Origin: Patescibacteria group bacterium
Lineage (GTDB): Bacteria > Patescibacteriota > Patescibacteriia > JAHIZJ01
NCBI GenBank assembly: GCA_041650335.1
Contig: JBAZLK010000002.1
Location: 41,818 to 105,817, forward strand
Reading direction: 5' to 3'
DNA: 64,000 bases
A model generated the notes under the pieces. The model worked only from the letters and a program-made list of their open reading frames with translations, searched no databases and was not told the origin of the DNA. Each line of letters opens with the position of its first letter. Position 1 is the first letter of the stretch. The translations under genes were made by a program, and so were the position numbers. Positions 1 to 11,936 of the stretch are shown here, one piece after another.

Positions 1-761
1 AAAAGACTGCGGCTCAGGATATTGTCCTCGGCCAATACCGACGGCAGAATCGTTCGCATAATATCTTCCTGGGTAACATACAGTAAGTCGGGTATCGTCT
101 CCCGGATCGACTTGTGGAACAGTTTTTTCCACAAAAATGCGTTGATAACGCCTATTTGGTCGTTGTAGCTTTGGACCCGAGAAAAATCAAGCCCGCCTAT
201 CTCCTGTTCTATGGCTTTCAAAAAATCCTGTTCCTCGCCGGTAAAATTGTTCCAGCTGTCAGTCTTTCGCAAATTCTCGGTAAAATTAAAATCGCGCCGG
301 CCGATAAAACAGCTGGCTTGATGCATTTCCTTATTCGAAAAAAGAGGGACGCGCTTGCCGTGAAGCTGAAACCCCTTGCGATTGAAAAAATTATTCGGTG
401 GAACGACTGAGCTCGTCAAAACAACGATTGGCTGTCGATCGCCCGTGAGCAGGCGGTGGGCATTAGCGACAAGATTCGTGGCCAGCAGTATCGGATGGTT
501 GAGGATGGAATGATGGTCGACAATATTGAGGCTCAGCGGCGGGGTAAGGCGTTCCTGGCGCTGAAAAACGCGTGCAAGATACCCAGCGATCGTCCGAGCC
601 AACAGCTCTTGGCGCTGCGTATGGACTGAGTCGGCCGTATACGCGTAGAGCGTATGTGAAAACTCAGTAATTGTATCGTTGCAGTCAAAATATTCCGCCA
701 CCACCGGGGCGTATTTCCGTATCCCGTTTTTCAGTATTTCGACGTTTTTTGAGTCAGGCAT
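1..761 (-). CDS. Hypothetical protein, truncated by the window edge (>253 aa)
   Basis: Not in the ORF track. Hand translation from ATG at 761: MPDSKNVEILKNGIRKYAPVVAEYF...NIVDHHSILNHP...EDNILSRSL, open to position 1. Starts 5 nt after the upstream stop. Confidence 0.8.
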   Translation of the reverse strand, partial: MPDSKNVEILKNGIRKYAPVVAEYFDCNDTITEFSHTLYAYTADSVHTQRQELLARTIAGYLARVFQRQERLTPPLSLNIVDHHSILNHPILLATNLVANAHRLLTGDRQPIVVLTSSVVPPNNFFNRKGFQLHGKRVPLFSNKEMHQASCFIGRRDFNFTENLRKTDSWNNFTGEEQDFLKAIEQEIGGLDFSRVQSYNDQIGVINAFLWKKLFHKSIRETIPDLLYVTQEDIMRTILPSVLAEDNILSRSL

Positions 762-766
762 AGTGA

Positions 767-1333
767 CTACTTCACAAGATCGCCTAAGCCGACATCTTTC
801 AGTACGTCGTCGATCTTTGTGTGTAATTCATCAATCGTGCCGTCATTGACGATGTTATAGTCCGCCAATTTCCGAGAGGCGAGCAATTGAGCCTGAGACC
901 CTTGGCCGGTAATCTGAAACTCTTCCTGTTTACAAAATTCTTCGTACGTCATTTGATCACCCGGCCGGCCGCGTTCTTTAATCCGTTGGTAGCGCAGCTC
1001 AATCGGCGCATCAACGCTCACTAAGACAAAATCGCCGCCTTCTCGCAATGCAGCAATTTCGTCCGGATGACGCAAGCTGTCGACAATAACCAATTTCTCG
1101 CCCTTTGCTTCAATCTGTTCCAATAAACGTTTCGGAATAATGCCAGCGCCGAATTGCGAGCGCAGGCTGTTGCCAAGCGTAATGAGATTTTCGATCGTTT
1201 TCGGCTGGCCGAGCTTTTCCAGCTCACCGCGCAAATAGTCGGAACACGAATGATAGATGAAACCCTTTGTTTTCAAGTATTCCCCGATTTCACCCTTGCC
1301 CGCGCCAAAATAACCAGTGAGTCCAATAATCAT
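767..1333 (-). CDS. P-loop nucleotide/dephospho-CoA kinase-like protein
   Basis: N-terminal Walker A GYFGAGKG, DSLR, lid RIKERGRPGD, C-terminal ADYNIVNDGT; NMP-kinase fold. Confidence 0.8.
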   Translation of the reverse strand: MIIGLTGYFGAGKGEIGEYLKTKGFIYHSCSDYLRGELEKLGQPKTIENLITLGNSLRSQFGAGIIPKRLLEQIEAKGEKLVIVDSLRHPDEIAALREGGDFVLVSVDAPIELRYQRIKERGRPGDQMTYEEFCKQEEFQITGQGSQAQLLASRKLADYNIVNDGTIDELHTKIDDVLKDVGLGDLVK

Positions 1334-1335
1334 GG

Positions 1336-1869
1336 CTAGGTATTCTTAATGACAACATCGCCCTCAGCCGCTTTTTTCTCCTCGATTTCATCGGCAAACA
1401 TCTGCCTCACTTCGGAATTCCAATCTTTGTTGTCAGTATAAAGGTCAACCTGCAAACCCGCTTCGCGGAGATAGTCCGGCGCTTTCGAATTTCGGTAGAT
1501 TTTGGCATAGACAACGCGTTTCACTCCGGCGGCCACCACGTATTTGCAACAATGGATGCACGGAATGTATTTGGTATAGAGCGTCGATCCGTCCGTGCTC
1601 GCGCCCGGAATAACCGCCGCCTGAAGTATTGCATTGTGCTCGCCGTGGATCGTCCGGACGCAGTGCCCCTCTTCCATCATGTGACCGACGTCGTCGCAAT
1701 GTGGCAAACCCGGCGGCGATCCGTTGTACCCGGTCGAGATGATACGATTATCCTTGACCAAGACGGCGCCGGCGCGGAGCCGATCGCAGGTTGAGCGCGA
1801 CGCCACCACTCGGGCAATCGCCATGAAATAGTCGTCCCAGCCCGGACGATAATTCTCTTTGTTGGTCAT
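1336..1869 (-). CDS. dCMP deaminase family (ComEB-like) zinc deaminase
   Basis: RPGWDDYFM, RSTC, GYNG, HGE and PCxxC zinc motifs. Confidence 0.92.
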   Translation of the reverse strand: MTNKENYRPGWDDYFMAIARVVASRSTCDRLRAGAVLVKDNRIISTGYNGSPPGLPHCDDVGHMMEEGHCVRTIHGEHNAILQAAVIPGASTDGSTLYTKYIPCIHCCKYVVAAGVKRVVYAKIYRNSKAPDYLREAGLQVDLYTDNKDWNSEVRQMFADEIEEKKAAEGDVVIKNT

Positions 1870-1881
1870 GGGAAAGAGTAT

Positions 1882-2562
1882 TTACAGATTAATACGAAGG
1901 CCTGGCCCCATGGTCGAAGTCAGGGTTATGCTCCGGATAAAGACGCCTTTTGAGGCATCGGGCTTGGCGCGTTTAATCGCCTCAACAAAGGCACGAATAT
2001 TCGCCTCGAGTACGCTTGGCTCAAATGACGCCTTGCCGATAATCTGATGAATATTGCCGGTATCGTCAGAGCGGAAAGCGATCTTGCCGCCTTGAAGGTC
2101 TTTCAACGTTTTTACGACATCGGTTGTGACCGTTTCGTTCTTCGGATTTGGCATTAATCCCTTGGTACCGAGAATTTTTGCAACCGGGCCAAGTTGGCGC
2201 ATCATTTCCGGCGTCGCCAAGGCGAGATCAAAATCAGTTTTTCCGGTCGTTTTTATCTCTTTGATAAGCTCAGCGCCACCCGCCAACGCCGCACCGGCGG
2301 CGAGCGCTTTTTTCTGATCGGCTTCATTCGCGAAAACGGCGATTCGAAGAGTCCGGCCGGTCGGATTGGGCAACACGGTTGTCGACCGTATTTGCTGATC
2401 GGCTTTTTTCGGATCAATGCCAAGATGCAGATGGACCTCAATTGACTCGTCAAATTTGGCAGTGGCGCCTTTTTTGACAAGTCCGATCGCCTCGGCGATG
2501 GCATAGGTTTTTTTTGGCTCCATCCCCTCGCCGACTGCGCGATACCGTTTACTTCGGTTCAT
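1882..2562 (-). CDS. rplA: 50S ribosomal protein L1
   Basis: KFDESIE, LGTKGLMPNPK, STMGPG; follows rplK. Confidence 0.98.
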   Translation of the reverse strand: MNRSKRYRAVGEGMEPKKTYAIAEAIGLVKKGATAKFDESIEVHLHLGIDPKKADQQIRSTTVLPNPTGRTLRIAVFANEADQKKALAAGAALAGGAELIKEIKTTGKTDFDLALATPEMMRQLGPVAKILGTKGLMPNPKNETVTTDVVKTLKDLQGGKIAFRSDDTGNIHQIIGKASFEPSVLEANIRAFVEAIKRAKPDASKGVFIRSITLTSTMGPGLRINL

Positions 2563-2576
2563 GTTTCTTCTCCTTC

Positions 2577-2616
2577 GTGGTTCAGGCGACCAGCCAGACG
2601 CGGCCGGTCTCCCACA
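2577..2616 (-). promoter_or_regulatory. Putative L1-binding autoregulatory mRNA structure between rplK and rplA
   Basis: Minus strand reads GTGGGAG-accggcc..ggctggt-cgcctg-AACCAC then SD GAAGGAG; matches the GUGG-GAG...AA-CCAC layout of known L1 sites. Confidence 0.75.
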
Positions 2617-2645
2617 ATGATGAGATATTAGATATGCGACTGACG

Positions 2646-3074
2646 CTATTTTTCTTCAACCGTAATGCCCATATTCCGGGCCGTGCCTTCAATAATCCGC
2701 ATCGCTCCGCCCAGGTCCTTGGCATTCAAATCAGCCATTTTCCGTTCGGCGATTTCCTTGATCTGGGCTTTTGTCACCGTGCCGACCTTCGTGCGCAAGG
2801 GGTCGCCCGATCCTTTTTCGATCTTGGCGGCTTTCTTGAGCAGGACCGAGGCTGGTGGCGTCTTTAAAATAAAGGCGTATGTTCGATCTTCGTAGACGGT
2901 TAATTCTACCGGAATGACGTCGCCGCCGAGGCTTTTGGTTCGATCGTTGAATTTCGAGCAAAAATCCTGGATATTCAAACCGTGCTGGCCAAGAGCCGGG
3001 CCGATCGGCGGTGCGGGCGTGGCTTTCCCAGCGGTTATTTGAAGTTTGATGACGGTCTTAATTTTTTTTGCCAT
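2646..3074 (-). CDS. rplK: 50S ribosomal protein L11
   Basis: [31 protein letters not shown]. Confidence 0.98.
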   Translation of the reverse strand: MAKKIKTVIKLQITAGKATPAPPIGPALGQHGLNIQDFCSKFNDRTKSLGGDVIPVELTVYEDRTYAFILKTPPASVLLKKAAKIEKGSGDPLRTKVGTVTKAQIKEIAERKMADLNAKDLGGAMRIIEGTARNMGITVEEK

Positions 3075-3089
3075 AGGAAGTGTATCGCG

Positions 3090-3635
3090 TTAGATTTTTT
3101 TGATCTGGAGGAAATCAAGCTCAACCGGCGTCTCGCGGCCGAACATCGAAACGAGTATTTTAACCTTCCCGCGGGCTTCATCAATTTCACTGACCCGTCC
3201 CTCAAAGTCCTTAAATGGTCCATCGATGATCCGCACGGGCGTATTGAGACTGACGTCAATCTTGTATTTCGGTTCTTCGACGCCCATCCGCTTCTGGAGT
3301 GATTTCACTTCTTCATCAGAGATCGGCGTCGGAGTCGTGCCTGAGCCGACAAAACCAGTCACGTTCGGCGTATTCCGGACAACGTACCAGGAATCATCCG
3401 TCACGATCATTTCGACCAGCACATAGCCGGGAAATATCTTTTCGGTGACGATCTTCCGTTTCCCGTTTTTAATCTTGATCTTTTTTTCCGTCGGTATGAG
3501 CACGTTGTAGATCTTGTCTTCCATGTCCATCGACTCAATCCGTTGCTTCAAATTACGGGAAACGTTTTCTTCATACCCAGAATAGGTATGAAGGACATAC
3601 CAGCGTCGGCCTTGGGCACCAGTTTGTTTCGGCAT
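3090..3635 (-). CDS. nusG: Transcription factor NusG
   Basis: WYVLHTYSGYE, FPGYVLV, KOW GPF..F.G, MFGRETPVEL. Confidence 0.98.
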   Translation of the reverse strand: MPKQTGAQGRRWYVLHTYSGYEENVSRNLKQRIESMDMEDKIYNVLIPTEKKIKIKNGKRKIVTEKIFPGYVLVEMIVTDDSWYVVRNTPNVTGFVGSGTTPTPISDEEVKSLQKRMGVEEPKYKIDVSLNTPVRIIDGPFKDFEGRVSEIDEARGKVKILVSMFGRETPVELDFLQIKKI

Positions 3636-3650
3636 AGGATAAAACGAAAA

Positions 3651-3848
3651 TTATTTCTGAATAATGCGTTGCAGTCCAAAATTGAGAATGTAGTCCATCA
3701 GCCCGAGAAACAGCGCCACGCCAAGGCTGATCCCAATCACCAGCAGGGTGTTTCGAACTGTTTCCTGCCGGGTTGGCCAAACGACTTTTCTCAGCTCGTC
3801 TTTGGACTCTTTGAGGTACCGGGTGAGCCGGTTGTTTGCGAAATCCAT
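3651..3848 (-). CDS. secE: Preprotein translocase SecE
   Basis: ELRKVVWPT motif, single TM helix, upstream of nusG. Confidence 0.96.
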   Translation of the reverse strand: MDFANNRLTRYLKESKDELRKVVWPTRQETVRNTLLVIGISLGVALFLGLMDYILNFGLQRIIQK

Positions 3849-3901
3849 GATTATACGTGGTTTTTAAAATCCGCGCTGGGCGGATAAATTGAACTATCCC
3901 C

Positions 3902-3930
3902 AGTATACAATAGGCTAATCAACTTGGCAA
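3902..3930 (-). promoter_or_regulatory. Sigma70-type promoter for secE-nusG-rplKA
   Basis: TTGCCA-17 nt-TATACT. Confidence 0.6.
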
Positions 3931-3960
3931 GGGCGCTTGAAAAATGGCGCAAATTCCCTG

Positions 3961-4503
3961 TTACCAGCGGGTATCCTTAATTTTCAAATAATAGCCGATA
4001 TGGTTGGCAATGACGTGCACAGCAAACCCTACAATAATGGACATAATAACGATCTGGACAGACAGCTGGACGTAAAAACTCGCAAAAACCAGGCCACCGA
4101 TAATATAGTCAATCTGGTCAAAAGGCAGCCAGCGCGCCCCCGGCGCCAGACGAAAACGGCGCTTGAAGAATGCGCGAACCAAATCACCAAATAACGCTCC
4201 AAAGCCAATCACAAAACCATAGTATGACGGGATGTCGGGATAATCAAAAAAACTCAGGTACTTGAACGACGGGATGGCATAGACCGCTTGTTGCAATATA
4301 AAAATACCGCCCCCGGACAACGTCCCGACCAAAAAGCCGCGCCAGGTCTTGTGCTCACCGAAGAGCGGCTGGCCTAATAACTTTCTGCCGCCGTCCACCG
4401 GCCGCGCCAAAACCTGCCATTGTTTTTTCACAACCGAAGCGCTGACGTTGGCCACGCCCATCGGTACGATGAACCAAAAACATTGGAGGATAAATTGGAC
4501 CAT
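3961..4503 (-). CDS. CDP-archaeol synthase (CarS/DUF46)-like membrane cytidylyltransferase
   Basis: PVDGGRK, G.HKTWRG, GALFGDL...FFKRR, DQIDY motifs typical of the CarS family. Confidence 0.85.
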   Translation of the reverse strand: MVQFILQCFWFIVPMGVANVSASVVKKQWQVLARPVDGGRKLLGQPLFGEHKTWRGFLVGTLSGGGIFILQQAVYAIPSFKYLSFFDYPDIPSYYGFVIGFGALFGDLVRAFFKRRFRLAPGARWLPFDQIDYIIGGLVFASFYVQLSVQIVIMSIIVGFAVHVIANHIGYYLKIKDTRW

Positions 4504-4506
4504 AGT

Positions 4507-4971
4507 CTATATAATTGCTAATCGGTAGATCCAATAGATGAGAAAAAACAACCTGAGCGGCTGAACCAACGAGCGTTTCAGTGCGTGGCTGATAACAGTA
4601 ATGCCACAATTGCCTGCCCAAAAAAAGTACCACGGATACATAAACGGAAATAGGATAATGCCTTCAGACAGGCGGTCGCTGACCGTATCGATTACCCAGC
4701 CACGATAGCTGGAGCGATGGTACTTCTCAGCAATGGCGCCGTCGATGATATCGAAGAGCAGGTTTAACACTAGAAAGGTCGTGGCTAATACGTATGAATT
4801 TCCCAGATATGCGAGAGTGAATCCGATCGCCGCACCGACGGAGAGAGCGGAAACGGCCGTCGGATTAATATTCGGCCAGGGCAATAACTGAAGCTTCTGC
4901 ACTGTACTCGCCCGAAGCCGGGCGACCCAATTGAGCCGACGCGGTTTGAGGGTTGTTCCTTGCCATGGCAT
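4507..4971 (-). CDS. CDP-alcohol phosphatidyltransferase family protein
   Basis: DxxDGxxA...GxxxDxxxD signature (DIIDGAIA...GWVIDTVSD); hydrophobic. Confidence 0.88.
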   Translation of the reverse strand: MPWQGTTLKPRRLNWVARLRASTVQKLQLLPWPNINPTAVSALSVGAAIGFTLAYLGNSYVLATTFLVLNLLFDIIDGAIAEKYHRSSYRGWVIDTVSDRLSEGIILFPFMYPWYFFWAGNCGITVISHALKRSLVQPLRLFFLIYWIYRLAII

Positions 4972-5043
4972 GATGATTTTGTTACAATTATCGGCCCTTC
5001 AATCTCCCGGCTAGGTTGACAACGAGAAAAGAGGTGATGAAAA

Positions 5044-5262
5044 ATGTGGGAGATAATTGATAATTTCCTGGCGTCAGCATGGCGTTTCGTGTTTGGTACG
5101 TACCGGGATTTCCGGGAGCATATAAACCGACTGGCCGTTGCTAACAAACAGTCAACCACCATCCAAATTACGAACGTCTTCTGGTCGGGCTGGTCGCTCT
5201 ACCGATATCGTCTTGATCAGCGCACCGCCCAACCCGCACAAACAGACCGATCTCACCGCTAG
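5044..5262 (+). CDS. Small orphan protein (72 aa)
   Basis: SD GAGGTG; promoter TTGCCA-17-TACAAT at 4960-4988; GC hairpin after the stop. Confidence 0.6.
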   Translation: MWEIIDNFLASAWRFVFGTYRDFREHINRLAVANKQSTTIQITNVFWSGWSLYRYRLDQRTAQPAQTDRSHR

Positions 5263-5292
5263 CAGCCGCTCGCGCATTACGCTGGGCGGATT

Positions 5293-9733
<4,441 letters not shown>

Positions 9734-9737
<4 letters not shown>

Positions 9738-10045
9738 GTTGCCCGAAGAATTACTAAGACAAGGACGGCGACAAACAATAAGAGACCGATCAAAATAAAG
9801 CCGATCATTTCCGCGATCTCGGCATGACGCCGCAGCTTTTTAGTGTCGGCTGTTGATCGCGACGGTATGATGAATATCAAAACGCCGAGCAATAGGCTGT
9901 ATAACAAGTCAAAAAGAAATGAGGCGGTCGTAAACTTTTCATCGGTGGCGTAATCGAAACCGACCGCGAGCATGGCAAACAGGACAAATCCCATGAGAGC
10001 ATTGAAAAGGCGTGTTTCAAAAATTGCTTTGAATTGTTCCTTCAT
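9734..10045 (-). CDS. Small 3-TM membrane protein
   Basis: Three hydrophobic segments; ATGA overlaps with both neighbours. Confidence 0.75.
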
Positions 10046-10359
10046 TTTATTTTCGTCATGTTTTGAATTAATTTGAAAACCAGCAAGCCATAGAGGAGGA
10101 CGGCTAACGCCAACTTGATGAAAAGATCGTGTTTTGGCTGCGCCACCGCCGGTTTAGAGCTTGTTTGCGCCCGTTCCCGACGGCGCGTCCGGACCATAAA
10201 AATGACGATAAAGCTGGTGTAGCTAATCACGCCGATGACGGACCAAAACTGCAGCGTATTATCAACCGCCAGATCCCAGCCTAAACCGTAGAGTAGTACC
10301 AACAGGAAATAAACGGGCAAATCGTAATTTCGGTCTCGGATTTTTATAAAGAAGTTCAC
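10042..10359 (-). CDS. Small 3-TM membrane protein
   Basis: Three hydrophobic segments; GTG start 4 nt after the pheS stop. Confidence 0.72.
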   Translation of the reverse strand: MNFFIKIRDRNYDLPVYFLLVLLYGLGWDLAVDNTLQFWSVIGVISYTSFIVIFMVRTRRRERAQTSSKPAVAQPKHDLFIKLALAVLLYGLLVFKLIQNMTKIK

Positions 10360-10363
10360 GATA

Positions 10364-11401
10364 TTAGAATTGTGATAAAAATCTCAAATCGCCAGAATAC
10401 GCTAAACGGATGTCCGGTATCCCATAATAAAGCATCATCAGACGATCAATGCCAAGCCCGAACGCAAAACCGCTGTAAACCGCCGGGTCAATACGCATAT
10501 TTTTCAAGACAACCGGATGGACCATTCCTGAACCGAGCATTTCTAGCCAGCCGCGTTGTTTGCAGACAGAACAGCCTTTTCCGCCGCACAAGATGCAACT
10601 CATATCAACATCGAGTCCGGGCTCGACAAAGGGATAATACTCGGGCCGGACGCGAATGCGCACCTGTTCGCCGTAGACGCTCTGAAGGAATGCCTTCAGC
10701 GTTCCGATCAAATCGGTGACGCGGATGCCTTTATCGATGACTAAACCTTCGCACTGATAAAAAGTGCATTCGTGCGAGGCATCCGTCGCCTCGTGTCGGA
10801 AGACGCGACCCGGCACAATGATGCGGACCGGCGGACGCCGCTCGAGCATGGTCCTGACCTGAACCGGCGAGGTATGCGTTCGTAGGAGCAGTTGATCGCC
10901 CGCCGAACTACTGGTTTGTTTTTTTGGTGACGTCACATAGTAGGTATCCCAGAGATCGCGCGCTGGATGGTCAGCTGGTATGTTCAATAGGTCAAAATTA
11001 TATTTCGCTGATTCAACCTCCGGACCATCAACTGTTTCAAAACCCATCGATTGAAATATCGACACGACCTTCCGCAAAAATTGACTGATCGGGTGATAGT
11101 GCCCGGAGCTCAGCGTGGTACCCGGTACGGTCGCGTCAATTGATTGAACGGTATTTTTTCGTGCCACCACGGACCGGCGCGAGGCAATTGCGTGTTCAAT
11201 CGCTCGACGGACATCATTCGCTTCCCGACCGACCTGGCGCCGCTGGTCAACGGGTAAATTTTTCAGTTCGCGAAGAAAGGCGGTGAATTTCGATTTTCGG
11301 CCGAGGTAGCGAACCGAAAGCTCCTCCAGCTTTTCAACCGAGGATGACTGTCCAACTTCCGACAAGGCCTGATGCTGGATGTGTTGAAGAAATTCGTTCA
11401 T
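10364..11401 (-). CDS. pheS: Phenylalanine-tRNA ligase alpha subunit
   Basis: HPARD..DT, LRTHTSPVQ, YYPFVEP, GFAFGLGIDRL. Confidence 0.98.
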   Translation of the reverse strand: MNEFLQHIQHQALSEVGQSSSVEKLEELSVRYLGRKSKFTAFLRELKNLPVDQRRQVGREANDVRRAIEHAIASRRSVVARKNTVQSIDATVPGTTLSSGHYHPISQFLRKVVSIFQSMGFETVDGPEVESAKYNFDLLNIPADHPARDLWDTYYVTSPKKQTSSSAGDQLLLRTHTSPVQVRTMLERRPPVRIIVPGRVFRHEATDASHECTFYQCEGLVIDKGIRVTDLIGTLKAFLQSVYGEQVRIRVRPEYYPFVEPGLDVDMSCILCGGKGCSVCKQRGWLEMLGSGMVHPVVLKNMRIDPAVYSGFAFGLGIDRLMMLYYGIPDIRLAYSGDLRFLSQF

Positions 11402-11782
11402 TTAGGAATAGCTTTTACGTGTCAGGAAAAACAGCTCAATCAGTGACAACGAAATAATGAATAAGGCGGCGTTCCACCAAGTGAATATCCGCATGCCCTG
11501 CAAAACAAACGCACCGATAACCAGGAGAGCAAACAAAAGCGCCTGGCGGAAGGCGATTCCGACATGTTTAAAAACCATTTCCGTCTTTAAAAACCAGACC
11601 CGGAAAAAGAAACCAAGCAACGAAAACGTGCCGATCAGGGCGAAGAAGAGGCTGACGTAAAAAAGAAGCAGGCCGATAAATCCGGTTGAAAATGGATCGA
11701 TGTAAAAAACCACCGTAATCCAGCCAAGCCAGCAAATCAGCGTTACGATTGTCATGAAAATGAGGAATCTTTTCAGCGACAT
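11402..11782 (-). CDS. 4-TM hypothetical membrane protein
   Basis: Four hydrophobic helices; abuts the pheS start; candidate TTGAAA-17-TACTCT promoter upstream. Confidence 0.82.
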   Translation of the reverse strand: MSLKRFLIFMTIVTLICWLGWITVVFYIDPFSTGFIGLLLFYVSLFFALIGTFSLLGFFFRVWFLKTEMVFKHVGIAFRQALLFALLVIGAFVLQGMRIFTWWNAALFIISLSLIELFFLTRKSYS

Positions 11783-11936
11783 ACTGCTTGTCTTCTGGTA
11801 ATTATTGATTATTTATAAGCCAAAAAATGGGTCGTTTTCCCTACCCTCAGAGTACCACAAAATTGTGTTTTTTTCAATAAAAGTACACCTCTGGTTGGGG
11901 ATATCTTTTTATCTATTATTAGCCAAATATTAGCTT

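Noticed and set aside
114-410. 98-aa plus-strand ORF
   Set aside because: Lies antisense within the longer minus-strand reading frame 1-761.
3849-3960. tRNA-Trp or rpmG often found upstream of secE
   Set aside because: No cloverleaf, T-loop motif or ORF; only a short hairpin and a promoter.
4785-5162. 125-aa minus-strand ORF
   Set aside because: Overlaps the CDP-alcohol transferase out of frame and the better-supported plus-strand ORF at 5044.
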